A DNA stretch of 63,969 bases, the filler included, from an uncultured Gemmatimonadota bacterium (GTDB taxonomy: Bacteria; Blakebacterota; Blakebacteria; Blakebacterales; Blakebacteraceae), in the NCBI GenBank assembly GCA_964576115.1. It is 3 parts of 3 records of this genome, joined end to end, with 100 filler letters (N's around TTAATTAATTAA, not from the genome) between each part and the next. Parts side by side here need not be neighbours in the genome. Positions count along the whole stretch, not along the records: positions 1 to 26,487 come from CAZNUA010000048.1; 2 more parts are not named here. One strand, 5' to 3'. The notes beneath the pieces were generated by a model. That model was not told the origin of the DNA, searched no databases, and saw nothing but the letters and a program-made list of their open reading frames with translations. The position numbers and the translations under genes are program-made. Positions 1 through 8,748 of this stretch are shown one piece after another (the first letter of the stretch is position 1; every line of letters begins with the position of its first letter).

Positions 1-3000
1 CCCGGCGAATCAGAGCGCACAACCGGTACGGTTTCATCCCGCTTGTCCTGATACTGCTTCCGATCGGGTGCGCCCGGCATCCGCCCCCGGCATCGATCCC
101 TTCCGAGACCGCCCTCTGGGATCGCGCACCGAACGGCTATATCAGCGGTTGGAACCGGAGCCTCGAGGGGGGCGGTTTCCGCTACCACTCTCCCCACCCC
201 GAGGTGGGCACCTCCCTGCTGACCCGGGCCACCGACACCCCGATGCCGATCGCCTGGGAAACCGCTCCCGTGCCGCGGGATCCCGGCCCTGCCGAGGCGA
301 TCTTCGTCTGGATGGGCGGTTTCAACCGCGGTTCACCGAACCACGATTTCTTTTTCTCCATCGACGGGCGGGAGACCTTCACCATCTCCACCATCCCCGA
401 GGGTACCGGCGAGCAGTGGGAGATCGCCGGCGCCGACGGATGCCGGCTCGGTTTCCGCTCGCTGCTGACCGACCGTTACGACGACCTGATGGGTTACCTC
501 TATCTGTCCGTCCCGCGCCGACTGCTCACCCCGTCCCGGCCGGTACGGATCGATGTCGTCGGCGAGCGGGCGGGAAGTAACGACTGGTACATGACCTTCG
601 AGCACCCGGTTACAGAGGGCGTCACCCTGATCGCCGAGCCCGCCCTGGTCAGCGATCCCGGCGGTCCCCGGCAGCTCATCAGGGTGGATGTCGAGCATCT
701 CGGTCCGCCGGCTGCAGCCGAGGTGCTCTTCGATGGTATGGTCCTGGGCGCCCTCGATCTCGAACCGGGCTATAACGCCCTCGACACATCCCTGCCCGCC
801 GTTCGCGAACCTGTCGAGGTCGCCCTCGAGGTCCGGATCCCGGATATGGAACCGCTCGTCGAGACCGTCCGCCTGGCTCCGGTTCAGCCCCAGGAGCTCT
901 GGCTGCTGCATCATTCCCATGTCGACATCGGCTACACCCACCTGCAGGCCGAGGTGGCCCGGCTGCAGATCGAAAATATCGAGAACGCGATTGCGTACGC
1001 CGAGGCCAGTCGGGAGAATCCGCCCGGTTCTCGATTCAAGTGGAACACCGAGGTGCTCTGGGCCGTCGACGAATATCTGCGAGGGGCTTCTGATGAACAG
1101 CGAGCTCGTTTCGGTGAAGCAGTCCGACAGGGGTGGATCGGTCTCGACGCACTCTATGCCAACGTTCTGACCGGGCTCTGCCGTTCCGAGGAACTGCTCC
1201 AGCTCTTCACCTGCGCCCGCGAGCTGGCCGAGGAGTTCGGGGTGCCGATCGAAGGAGCCATGATCACCGACATCCCCGGCTGGACCTGGGCGCTCATACC
1301 GGCCATGGCCCGCAGCGGGGTGCGTTACTTCTCGATCGGTCCCAACACCGGCCACCGCATCGGCTCGGTTCTCCGCGACCTGGGGGATCGTCCTTTCTGG
1401 TGGGTCTCGCCTTCAGGGACCGAGAAGGTCCTGGTCTGGGTGGCCGGTCGAGGCTATTCGTGGTTCCACACCGGCCTGGGCGCAAGAGCCATCACCACCC
1501 GTCTCGAGCCGGCAGCTCTGTTCAGCTACCTGCGCGAACTGGAAACCGCGGCGTGGCCGTACAGCATGGCTTCCTTCCGCTACAACATCGGTTCGGACAA
1601 CGGGCCTCCCGATGCGTACCTGGCGGACTACGTACGCGACTGGAACGAGCGTTTCCTCACCCCCCGGATCGTCATCGCCACCACGGCGGAGATGATGCGC
1701 GAGTTCGAGCGCCGGCACGGGGAGGAACTGCCCGTCCTGAGCGGCGATATCACCGGTTACTGGGAGGATGGAGCCGCCTCGAGCGCGTATGAAACGGCCC
1801 TGAACCGGCATAGCGCCGAGCGACTGACCACCGCCGGGGCCCTGCAGGCGATGCTGGCGCCGGAGCTCGACCTGAGCGGGGAATTCGCCGAGGCCTGGCG
1901 CCATGTGCTGCTGTACTCCGAGCATACCTGGGGCTCGTGGAACTCGATCAGCGAGCCCGAGGCGCCCTTCACCCTGCAGCAGTGGGAGACCAAGCGGTTC
2001 TTTGCGTTGCGGGCCGATTCCCTCTCCCGGGCCATCGTGGACCGGATCACGAGCGCTGTCGGCGCCCGGCCCCGCTCGACTCCCGCCGCAGCCATGGATG
2101 TCCTCAATCCCTCCTCCTGGTCCCGGGGGGGAGTGCTCACCCTCGGTCCGGAGTACGCCCGCGGAGGCGAGCGGGTCACCGACGCCGAGGGCACCCTGCT
2201 GCCCGCCCAGGTGCTGCGTGACGGTTCGATGGCCGTGCTCGTGCCTGCGATCCCCCCTTTCGGATCCCGCCGGCTGCACTTCGATGACGGCTCGCCCGGT
2301 GCGGGAGGGGGGGTCAGGGTTACCGAAACGGTCCTGGAGAACGGGGTGCTGCGAGTGGAGGTGGATACAGCTTCCGGGGCGGTATGCAGTCTGCGCCGGA
2401 TCGGTCGGACCGAGGAGTTCGTGGACCCTTCCCGTCATCCAGGCCTGAATACCTATGCCTACGTGGCCGGGCGCGATCCCGCCGAGCCGCTGGCCGCCGG
2501 TCAGGTACAGATCGAGATCGGGGAGCGGGGACCGCTCGTCGGGTCGATCGTCATCACCTCCCCGGCGCCCGGCTGCCGGAGTCTGCGGCGCGAAGTGCGC
2601 CTGACCCACGGGGCCGACCGGATCGAAATCGTGGACACCCTCGACAAGGAACGCGTCCGCGATCCCGAGGGTATCCACTTGCTCTTTCCCTTCCACATCC
2701 CCGACGGCGAGGTCCGTATCGATCTGGGCTGGGGTCACTACCGGCCCGGTCCCGACCAGCTACCCGGGGCCAACCGGAACTACTTCAGCGTCCAGCACTG
2801 GGTCGATGTCTCGAACGAGCGCTCCGGCGTGACCTTCGTGCCGGTCGACGCGCCCCTCATCGAACTGGGCCGGATCACGACCGACGCCGTCGCGGTCGGC
2901 TGGCGGGAGCGGATCGAACCTTCCTCGACCCTCATCTCCTACGTCATGAACAACTACTGGGAGACCAACTACCGGGCCTGGCAGGAGGGCCCGGTCACCT

Positions 3001-3314
3001 TCCGGTACACCATGCGACCGCACGATGGCTTCGATCCGGCCGCCGCTACCCGCGTCGGGCTGGAAGCGAGCCAGCCTCTGGTCGTCTGCAATATGGATCC
3101 GGGCGCCGCCCGCCCCGGTTTCGATCTAATCGTCGAGCCGACCGACATCATCGCCATGATCGCACCCCCCGAGCCGGGCCGGAACACCTTCGGGCTACGC
3201 CTCTACAACCCGACTGCAAAGACGATCCGAGCCCGGGTGAGGATGGCCGGGGTCGAACAGGAGTTGATCGAGATCCCCGGCCTGGATTTTACGACCATCC
3301 GGTTCGAACCCTGA
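1..3314 (+). CDS. Glycoside hydrolase family 38-like (alpha-mannosidase-type) lipoprotein, 5'-partial
   Basis: HHSHVDIGYT metal-binding motif, LLYSEHTWG, C-terminal NNYWETN. The frame is open from position 3 (RRIRAHNRYGFIPLVLILLPIGC..., lipobox-like), so the true start lies before the window, not at 204. Confidence 0.75.
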   Translation, partial: RRIRAHNRYGFIPLVLILLPIGCARHPPPASIPSETALWDRAPNGYISGWNRSLEGGGFRYHSPHPEVGTSLLTRATDTPMPIAWETAPVPRDPGPAEAIFVWMGGFNRGSPNHDFFFSIDGRETFTISTIPEGTGEQWEIAGADGCRLGFRSLLTDRYDDLMGYLYLSVPRRLLTPSRPVRIDVVGERAGSNDWYMTFEHPVTEGVTLIAEPALVSDPGGPRQLIRVDVEHLGPPAAAEVLFDGMVLGALDLEPGYNALDTSLPAVREPVEVALEVRIPDMEPLVETVRLAPVQPQELWLLHHSHVDIGYTHLQAEVARLQIENIENAIAYAEASRENPPGSRFKWNTEVLWAVDEYLRGASDEQRARFGEAVRQGWIGLDALYANVLTGLCRSEELLQLFTCARELAEEFGVPIEGAMITDIPGWTWALIPAMARSGVRYFSIGPNTGHRIGSVLRDLGDRPFWWVSPSGTEKVLVWVAGRGYSWFHTGLGARAITTRLEPAALFSYLRELETAAWPYSMASFRYNIGSDNGPPDAYLADYVRDWNERFLTPRIVIATTAEMMREFERRHGEELPVLSGDITGYWEDGAASSAYETALNRHSAERLTTAGALQAMLAPELDLSGEFAEAWRHVLLYSEHTWGSWNSISEPEAPFTLQQWETKRFFALRADSLSRAIVDRITSAVGARPRSTPAAAMDVLNPSSWSRGGVLTLGPEYARGGERVTDAEGTLLPAQVLRDGSMAVLVPAIPPFGSRRLHFDDGSPGAGGGVRVTETVLENGVLRVEVDTASGAVCSLRRIGRTEEFVDPSRHPGLNTYAYVAGRDPAEPLAAGQVQIEIGERGPLVGSIVITSPAPGCRSLRREVRLTHGADRIEIVDTLDKERVRDPEGIHLLFPFHIPDGEVRIDLGWGHYRPGPDQLPGANRNYFSVQHWVDVSNERSGVTFVPVDAPLIELGRITTDAVAVGWRERIEPSSTLISYVMNNYWETNYRAWQEGPVTFRYTMRPHDGFDPAAATRVGLEASQPLVVCNMDPGAARPGFDLIVEPTDIIAMIAPPEPGRNTFGLRLYNPTAKTIRARVRMAGVEQELIEIPGLDFTTIRFEP

Positions 3315-3372
3315 CCTGAGGTCCCGAATACTCCTCCGGGAGACAGGTGTCGTATATCGAAGAGGGCCTGTC

Positions 3373-4068
3373 TCAGAGTCCGGGCAGGTGGAGAATCAGA
3401 TTGGGATCGGGGCAGAGTTCGAGGTAGCGGCGGCGTTCGGAGGGCGGAGCGACCCCCGGGAAATCGCCCTTCCACTCCCCGATATCGGTAATCAGCTGGA
3501 AGTGCAGATGCGGGGGCCAGCCCCCGTTCTCGTGCGCCTCACCGACCTGCCCCACGACCGCCCCGGCCCCGATCTCCTGACCCTGCCGACAGGTGTCCAG
3601 CGAGGAGCGGGTCAGGTGTCCGTAGAGGATCCAGAAAGAGAGCGGGCCCAGCCGGTGCTCGAGGATGATCGTGGGACCGTAGTCCCCCACCCCGGTGTTC
3701 TCGGCCAGGCTGTGCACCGTGGCGGGCAGCGGCGCTGAGACCGGTGTGCCCGATTCGACGAAGATATCGATCCCCAGATGAATGCTGCGCGGTTCCCGGT
3801 CCCGGGTGAAGAGCGGACTGTGGCGGTAGATGACCCGCTCCTCGTCATACCGGCCGATCCCCACCGCCGCCTCCTCGCGATGGAGCACTGCGTCGATCCA
3901 GGCCGAAAAAGCCGCGGGATCGCTCAGATTTACCGCATCGAGCTCGCGATTGTGAACCGAGAGATCGAGCACCGTCAGAGCCGTCTTTGACAGATCGAAG
4001 GAAAAAAGCGGACTAACAGCGGACCTTTCCGCCAGCTGTTTTCTGATCTGATCGCTCATCGAGTCCAT
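3373..4068 (-). CDS. M23 family metallopeptidase
   Basis: HLGID (HxxxD) and HLHFQ (HxH) motifs; YGPTIILEH...LYGHL. Confidence 0.85.
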   Translation of the reverse strand: MDSMSDQIRKQLAERSAVSPLFSFDLSKTALTVLDLSVHNRELDAVNLSDPAAFSAWIDAVLHREEAAVGIGRYDEERVIYRHSPLFTRDREPRSIHLGIDIFVESGTPVSAPLPATVHSLAENTGVGDYGPTIILEHRLGPLSFWILYGHLTRSSLDTCRQGQEIGAGAVVGQVGEAHENGGWPPHLHFQLITDIGEWKGDFPGVAPPSERRRYLELCPDPNLILHLPGL

Positions 4069-4083
4069 CGAGTATCTCCACTC

Positions 4084-6846
4084 TCATTCTACCCGCAGGG
4101 CGTCCATGGGATCCACCCGCATGGTCCGCAGAGCCGGACAGACCACGGCTGTTATTCCGGTCAGACCGAGCACCACGCAGACGGCCAGCGTCAGCGGGAG
4201 GTTCCAGGCCTCGACTGCTACCGCCACCGACCCGGTGATGAGCCGTATCATGGCAGAGGCCAGAAGCAGGCCCAGTGCCAGACCGGTGAGAACCTGTACG
4301 AGTCCCTGCCGGAGAATCAGGCCGAGGATATTCCGGGCCCTGGCCCCCAGAGCCATCCGCAGACCGACTTCCCGGGTCCGCTGGTCCGCCAGAAAGCTGG
4401 TCACGGCGAACAGGCCTACTGACGCCATGAGGAACGCCGCCACGCCGAAGGTTATAAAAATCCCGCCGATAATGATGAGGTTGATCAGGTTACTGTTGAC
4501 CGCGTCGCGCAGCGTCCTGACAAAGTAGATGGGCGTATCGCCCTGCAGCTCCATGACCTCCTCCCGGAGAGTCGCTGCATAGGTCAACGGTGCTCCCTCG
4601 ACGCACAGACCGATACTCACAAATCCGAGATCCCCCTGGGGAATGGGACGGTAGGCCCCCTGAGGATCCCCCGCCGGGCTGTACGCCCCATCCATATTCA
4701 GGTCGGGAACGACTCCCACCACGGTGAGCCAGGGAGAATCGGTGTCATCATCCCCCAGACGAATCTGTTTGCCCAGAGGCTCCTGGTCGGGAAAGAACTG
4801 CTCGGCGAGGCTCTGATTGATCAGGGCGACGGCAGCCCCCCGGGTATCATCTGAGGCGGTGAAATCGCGGCCCTGCACGACGGGAACATCCAGAGCCCGG
4901 AAGAATCCGGGCGAGATCCAGGCCGATCGAACGTACGGGCCCTCTCCCCTTCCCACGGATTCGTCGCCCTGGAGCCCGAGTCGGAGCCGCTGCGCTTCTT
5001 CTCCGGGCAGAGAGGTGGCCAGGAAGGTCGAGACCACCCCCGGATGAGCCTCGAGCCGGCTGCACACATCCCGGTAGAAGGCCTGCCGAGCATCCCGGTC
5101 GGGAAAGTACTCGTCGAAGAGCCCGACCCGGGCCGTCAGCACCTGATCGACGGGATAGGGATAGTCCACGGTCTGTTTATTAACAACCCGCAGGGCCACA
5201 TGGCCGGAGGTCACCATGAGAGCAGCCGATACGACGAGCTGAGCCGTCACCAGCAAACGGCTCAGTCGACCCTGCTTCAGGCCGGATCCGCCCCGCATGC
5301 CGGTCCGAAGAACCGTCTGAACACCGGTCCGGGAGGCTCGGTAGGCCGGGATGAGACCGGAGAGGATCGCAGCCAGGACCGTACTGGCCAGGACGAAAAG
5401 AAGAATGGGGGCATCCACCCGGAAGATCATCCAGAAGGGCGGTGGATAGGTCAGGTTGACCATAACGGTCCGGTTGAGGATTTCCATGATCCCGATCGTC
5501 AGAGCTGTTCCGAAGCAGGCTCCCCCCACCGCCAGAAGCAGAGCTTCCTGAAAAACCTCCTTCATGACCTGTCCCCGGCCGGCCCCTATGGCTACCCGGA
5601 TAGCCAGGTCCCGGGATCGGGTCACAGCCCGGGCCAGGAGGAGGTTGGCCACATTGAAACAGGCGATCAGAAGGACCGAGAATCCGGTCAGAAGAAGAAA
5701 GGCAACGACGCCCCAGAGGTCCGAATCCTGGTATGACAGCGGGTAGGGTTCAAGATAGGCGCGGCGTCCCCGGGTTGATTCGGGGTACGCCTGATCCAGC
5801 CGGGTACTGATACCGTCGAACTCGGCCTTCGCTTCATTCAGGGTCACCCCGTCGCGAAGCCGGCCGAAGACCTCGAGTCCGGGGCCCTGCCCGCGCTCAA
5901 AGGTCTGGGGATCCACCGCCAGAGGCAGCCAGATGTCCTCCCAGTAGGGGAACCCGAATCCCTCGGGCATGATCCCTGCGATCGTGGTCGGCTCTCCGTT
6001 CACTCTCATCACCCGGCCGATGATGTCACCATCGGCGCCGAAGCGACTCTGCCAGACTGTATAGGAGATCAGCGCCACCCCCGGCGCTCCGGGGAGCCCT
6101 TCTTCGGGCAGGAAGGCGCGTCCCATGAACGGCCGGACCTGAAGCAGATCGAAGGTATTGGTCGTCACCCAGGCGCCAAAGAACCGTTCCGGCCGGTCGA
6201 TGCCCGAGAGGTTCACGGTACCGGTGTAAAAACCGCCGAGATCCTCGAAGGTCGTCTGCTGTTCCCGCCAGTCGCGCAGATCGTGCAGGCTGACCGGGAG
6301 CCCGCTATCGACCTGTTCGGGATCAACCTGTTCCAGGTGCATGATCCGGCGCCCCCCGGGGACCGGCAGCGGCCGAAAAGCCATGGCCGCGACCAGGCAG
6401 AAGAGTACCGTGGTGAGACCGATCCCGAATCCGAGAACAACGATGCCACCGATCGAGAGCGACGGCCGACGGATCAGAGCCCGAACGGAATGCTTGAGAT
6501 CCCGCCCCATATCGGGCAACCGGCTCCACCCTCGCCGGGTCGAGGAAAGTTCGCGAAGCTCTATCCTCTCCTGCTGGCTATCAGATCGATCGCCTCTCTT
6601 CCTCCAGCTCCGGGCCCGGAGCCTGAGCCCGCCGATTCCGGCTCCGACACACTCTCGAAACAGGAACAGGACCTTCCCGGTCAGGCTTTTTCCGACATCG
6701 GCAAGCTTGCTGACGAACGTCCTGACCATGTCAGACCCGAATTCGCCCCGGAAGGCGGACGGGTAGGAGTGGAGGCAGAACCGAAAAAAGGCGACGATCC
6801 AACCGCTCGATGGCGACGTTCCCGTCGTATTCCTCACCGGATTCAT
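4084..6846 (-). CDS. ADOP-type duplicated ABC permease (MacB/FtsX domains)
   Basis: Two MacB_PCD+FtsX halves (IACFNVANLLLAR; RTREVGLRMALGA; DPMDALRVE). Likely ATG at 6846, just after the PadR stop. N-terminal YPSAFRGEFGSDM prefix. Confidence 0.85.
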   Translation of the reverse strand: MNPVRNTTGTSPSSGWIVAFFRFCLHSYPSAFRGEFGSDMVRTFVSKLADVGKSLTGKVLFLFRECVGAGIGGLRLRARSWRKRGDRSDSQQERIELRELSSTRRGWSRLPDMGRDLKHSVRALIRRPSLSIGGIVVLGFGIGLTTVLFCLVAAMAFRPLPVPGGRRIMHLEQVDPEQVDSGLPVSLHDLRDWREQQTTFEDLGGFYTGTVNLSGIDRPERFFGAWVTTNTFDLLQVRPFMGRAFLPEEGLPGAPGVALISYTVWQSRFGADGDIIGRVMRVNGEPTTIAGIMPEGFGFPYWEDIWLPLAVDPQTFERGQGPGLEVFGRLRDGVTLNEAKAEFDGISTRLDQAYPESTRGRRAYLEPYPLSYQDSDLWGVVAFLLLTGFSVLLIACFNVANLLLARAVTRSRDLAIRVAIGAGRGQVMKEVFQEALLLAVGGACFGTALTIGIMEILNRTVMVNLTYPPPFWMIFRVDAPILLFVLASTVLAAILSGLIPAYRASRTGVQTVLRTGMRGGSGLKQGRLSRLLVTAQLVVSAALMVTSGHVALRVVNKQTVDYPYPVDQVLTARVGLFDEYFPDRDARQAFYRDVCSRLEAHPGVVSTFLATSLPGEEAQRLRLGLQGDESVGRGEGPYVRSAWISPGFFRALDVPVVQGRDFTASDDTRGAAVALINQSLAEQFFPDQEPLGKQIRLGDDDTDSPWLTVVGVVPDLNMDGAYSPAGDPQGAYRPIPQGDLGFVSIGLCVEGAPLTYAATLREEVMELQGDTPIYFVRTLRDAVNSNLINLIIIGGIFITFGVAAFLMASVGLFAVTSFLADQRTREVGLRMALGARARNILGLILRQGLVQVLTGLALGLLLASAMIRLITGSVAVAVEAWNLPLTLAVCVVLGLTGITAVVCPALRTMRVDPMDALRVE

Positions 6847-6847
6847 C

Positions 6848-7204
6848 TCACAGTCCTTTCGGCGAGAGAGCCCGGTTCCGGGCCAGTGAGACGAGGTTTT
6901 CCAGCCGTTCCACTTCCAGGGCCATAACCCTGCGGCCCAGGGAGGTATAGCGGAAGTACTTGCGCCGAGCGTCATCATGGCCATCGCCGGGTTCGAATTC
7001 CTCAACCAATCCGTCGTCCTTGAGCCGCTTCAGGGCCTGATAGAGACTCCCGGTGGTCGGTTTCAGCCTCCCGGCCGTCCGTTCCTCGATCTCTTTGCCG
7101 AGGGCGTAGCCGTGCGAAGCTCCCGAACCCAGGGCCAGAAGGATCTGAAAGGCGAACTCGGAAAGAGGCAGGTAGTGTTCTGGATCTGTCGCCATACCGG
7201 ACAT
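6848..7204 (-). CDS. PadR family transcriptional regulator
   Basis: ILLAL..GASHGYALGKEI, GSLYQALKRL, RRKYFRYT. Confidence 0.9.
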   Translation of the reverse strand: MSGMATDPEHYLPLSEFAFQILLALGSGASHGYALGKEIEERTAGRLKPTTGSLYQALKRLKDDGLVEEFEPGDGHDDARRKYFRYTSLGRRVMALEVERLENLVSLARNRALSPKGL

Positions 7205-7474
7205 GGCTTTCTTCCTTGTCTGTGTCTTCCGGATTCCTCAACTGGTTCCGGTGCAGAAACGGCTCTTTACCGCGTTTCTGCCTCGTGTCCTGTCACGCGA
7301 CATGGCACTCGGGAACGCTGTCATTGTAGTGGCTTTCACTATAGTGAGAATACGATTCAAACTGAGAAAAGGTTCCAGCAGCTCACCGCCGAGTATCCTG
7401 AGTCATGAGTTTGTTGCGGCACACCGGGGATCGTCAATCCGTCCCCACGCGTCACCGCGAACGTGAATATCTCC

Positions 7475-7633
7475 TCACAGCGCCAGCCTATGCCCGCCGT
7501 GCACGAAGAGATGCTCTCCCGTGATCCAGCCGGCCTGCTCCGATGCCAGCCAGAGAACCGCGTCGGCGATGTCCTCGGGGTTGTTGTCGCCGGTGACGAT
7601 GACCACCGCATCGTGCAGACCCGGATCGATCAT
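7475..7633 (-). pseudogene. Internally deleted short-chain dehydrogenase (SDR) remnant, 52 aa
   Basis: Not in the ORF track. Reads MIDPGLHDAVVIVTGDNNPEDIADAVLWLASEQAGWITGEHLFVHGGHRLAL*: an SDR N-terminus fused to the SDR C-terminal motif. GAAGGA SD upstream. Confidence 0.7.
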
Positions 7634-7673
7634 GATGGATTCCTTCAATCAACAGGTCAGGTGAGAGCCTCCC

Positions 7674-8438
7674 TCAACGGTTCCGACTCAGGTCCTTGAG
7701 TTCGATCCTGCGGAACTCGATCGGGTGGGTCTCGGCCTGCAGAGCGATATAGCCGCTTTCGAGCAGAGTCCCTTCGGGCAGGGGAAAGCCCTCGGGCACG
7801 TCGCCCCCGATCTGCGGCTGCTCATAGGTGAAGACAGTATCACCCTCCACAACGTGATAGATGAATCCCGACGAGTGCACATGCATCTCGACCGTGACCC
7901 ACTCGTCGCCAGGAAAGGTTCTCGAGGTTGAGTTGGTGCAGTGCCTGGTGATGAGTTCGCCTTCCATGACCACGTGGGTGCCGGGCGTGCAGACGTTCAG
8001 GGTCGGCCGCTCCCCCTCCCCCGTTCCCCCCAGGAACTGCGCTTCGACCGAAACCGGAAAGTCCTGGTCCAGGAGCATGCTCCGGGCCGACTGGGAATGC
8101 AGCATGGCCCCATTGTTTCTCAAGGCCCAGCCGGGTCCGCCCGCGATCTGCTCGCCCGTGAAGCGGTATTCCACCCGCAGGATGTATTCCGAAAAAGGCT
8201 GGTGATAGAAGATGTGCCCGAACTCCCCTCCCCACGTTCCCTCATAGTCCTCGTAGCTGACTTTGAGCAGCCCGTCCTCGACCCGGAAGATATCCCGGTA
8301 GTTGTCGTTGAGCTCGTGGCCGGAGATCTTGACATCCCAGCCCGAGAGATCGGAACCGTTGAAGAGCTGGATCCAGTCATCCTGAGCGGCACTGCAGCCG
8401 GCCAGAGCGAGCAGGGGGAGCAGGGAGAGATACTTCAT
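7674..8438 (-). CDS. DUF1080 / 3-keto-disaccharide hydrolase family lipoprotein
   Basis: MKYLSLLPLLALAGC lipobox; WIQLFNGSDLSGW; GYIALQAETHPIEFRRIEL. Confidence 0.85.
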   Translation of the reverse strand: MKYLSLLPLLALAGCSAAQDDWIQLFNGSDLSGWDVKISGHELNDNYRDIFRVEDGLLKVSYEDYEGTWGGEFGHIFYHQPFSEYILRVEYRFTGEQIAGGPGWALRNNGAMLHSQSARSMLLDQDFPVSVEAQFLGGTGEGERPTLNVCTPGTHVVMEGELITRHCTNSTSRTFPGDEWVTVEMHVHSSGFIYHVVEGDTVFTYEQPQIGGDVPEGFPLPEGTLLESGYIALQAETHPIEFRRIELKDLSRNR

Positions 8439-8748
8439 GGTGGATTGTACCCTTCGCGTGGCGGTGGCAGTCGGTCGGGCCGAGATGACAGCAGTTCTGT
8501 GCCGATGGGAGGAGTCTATCACTCCACTGCCGGCGATATCCACCACCAGCATCGCTGTTTTCAGACTCGATACCTCAATCGCGGCGGCGGCCGGTGCGAC
8601 GTTCCGATCGGCCAGCCGTTGCTGTTTCCTTCTGCAGAATCGGAAGGGTCAGAGCAGACGCGGTGTTGTTGATACCCGTGTCGGCAGGCAGAGAATCAAT
8701 CCGGACCTCACCTGTTCACGGTATGATGCTTCAACCGATGGCGTTACC

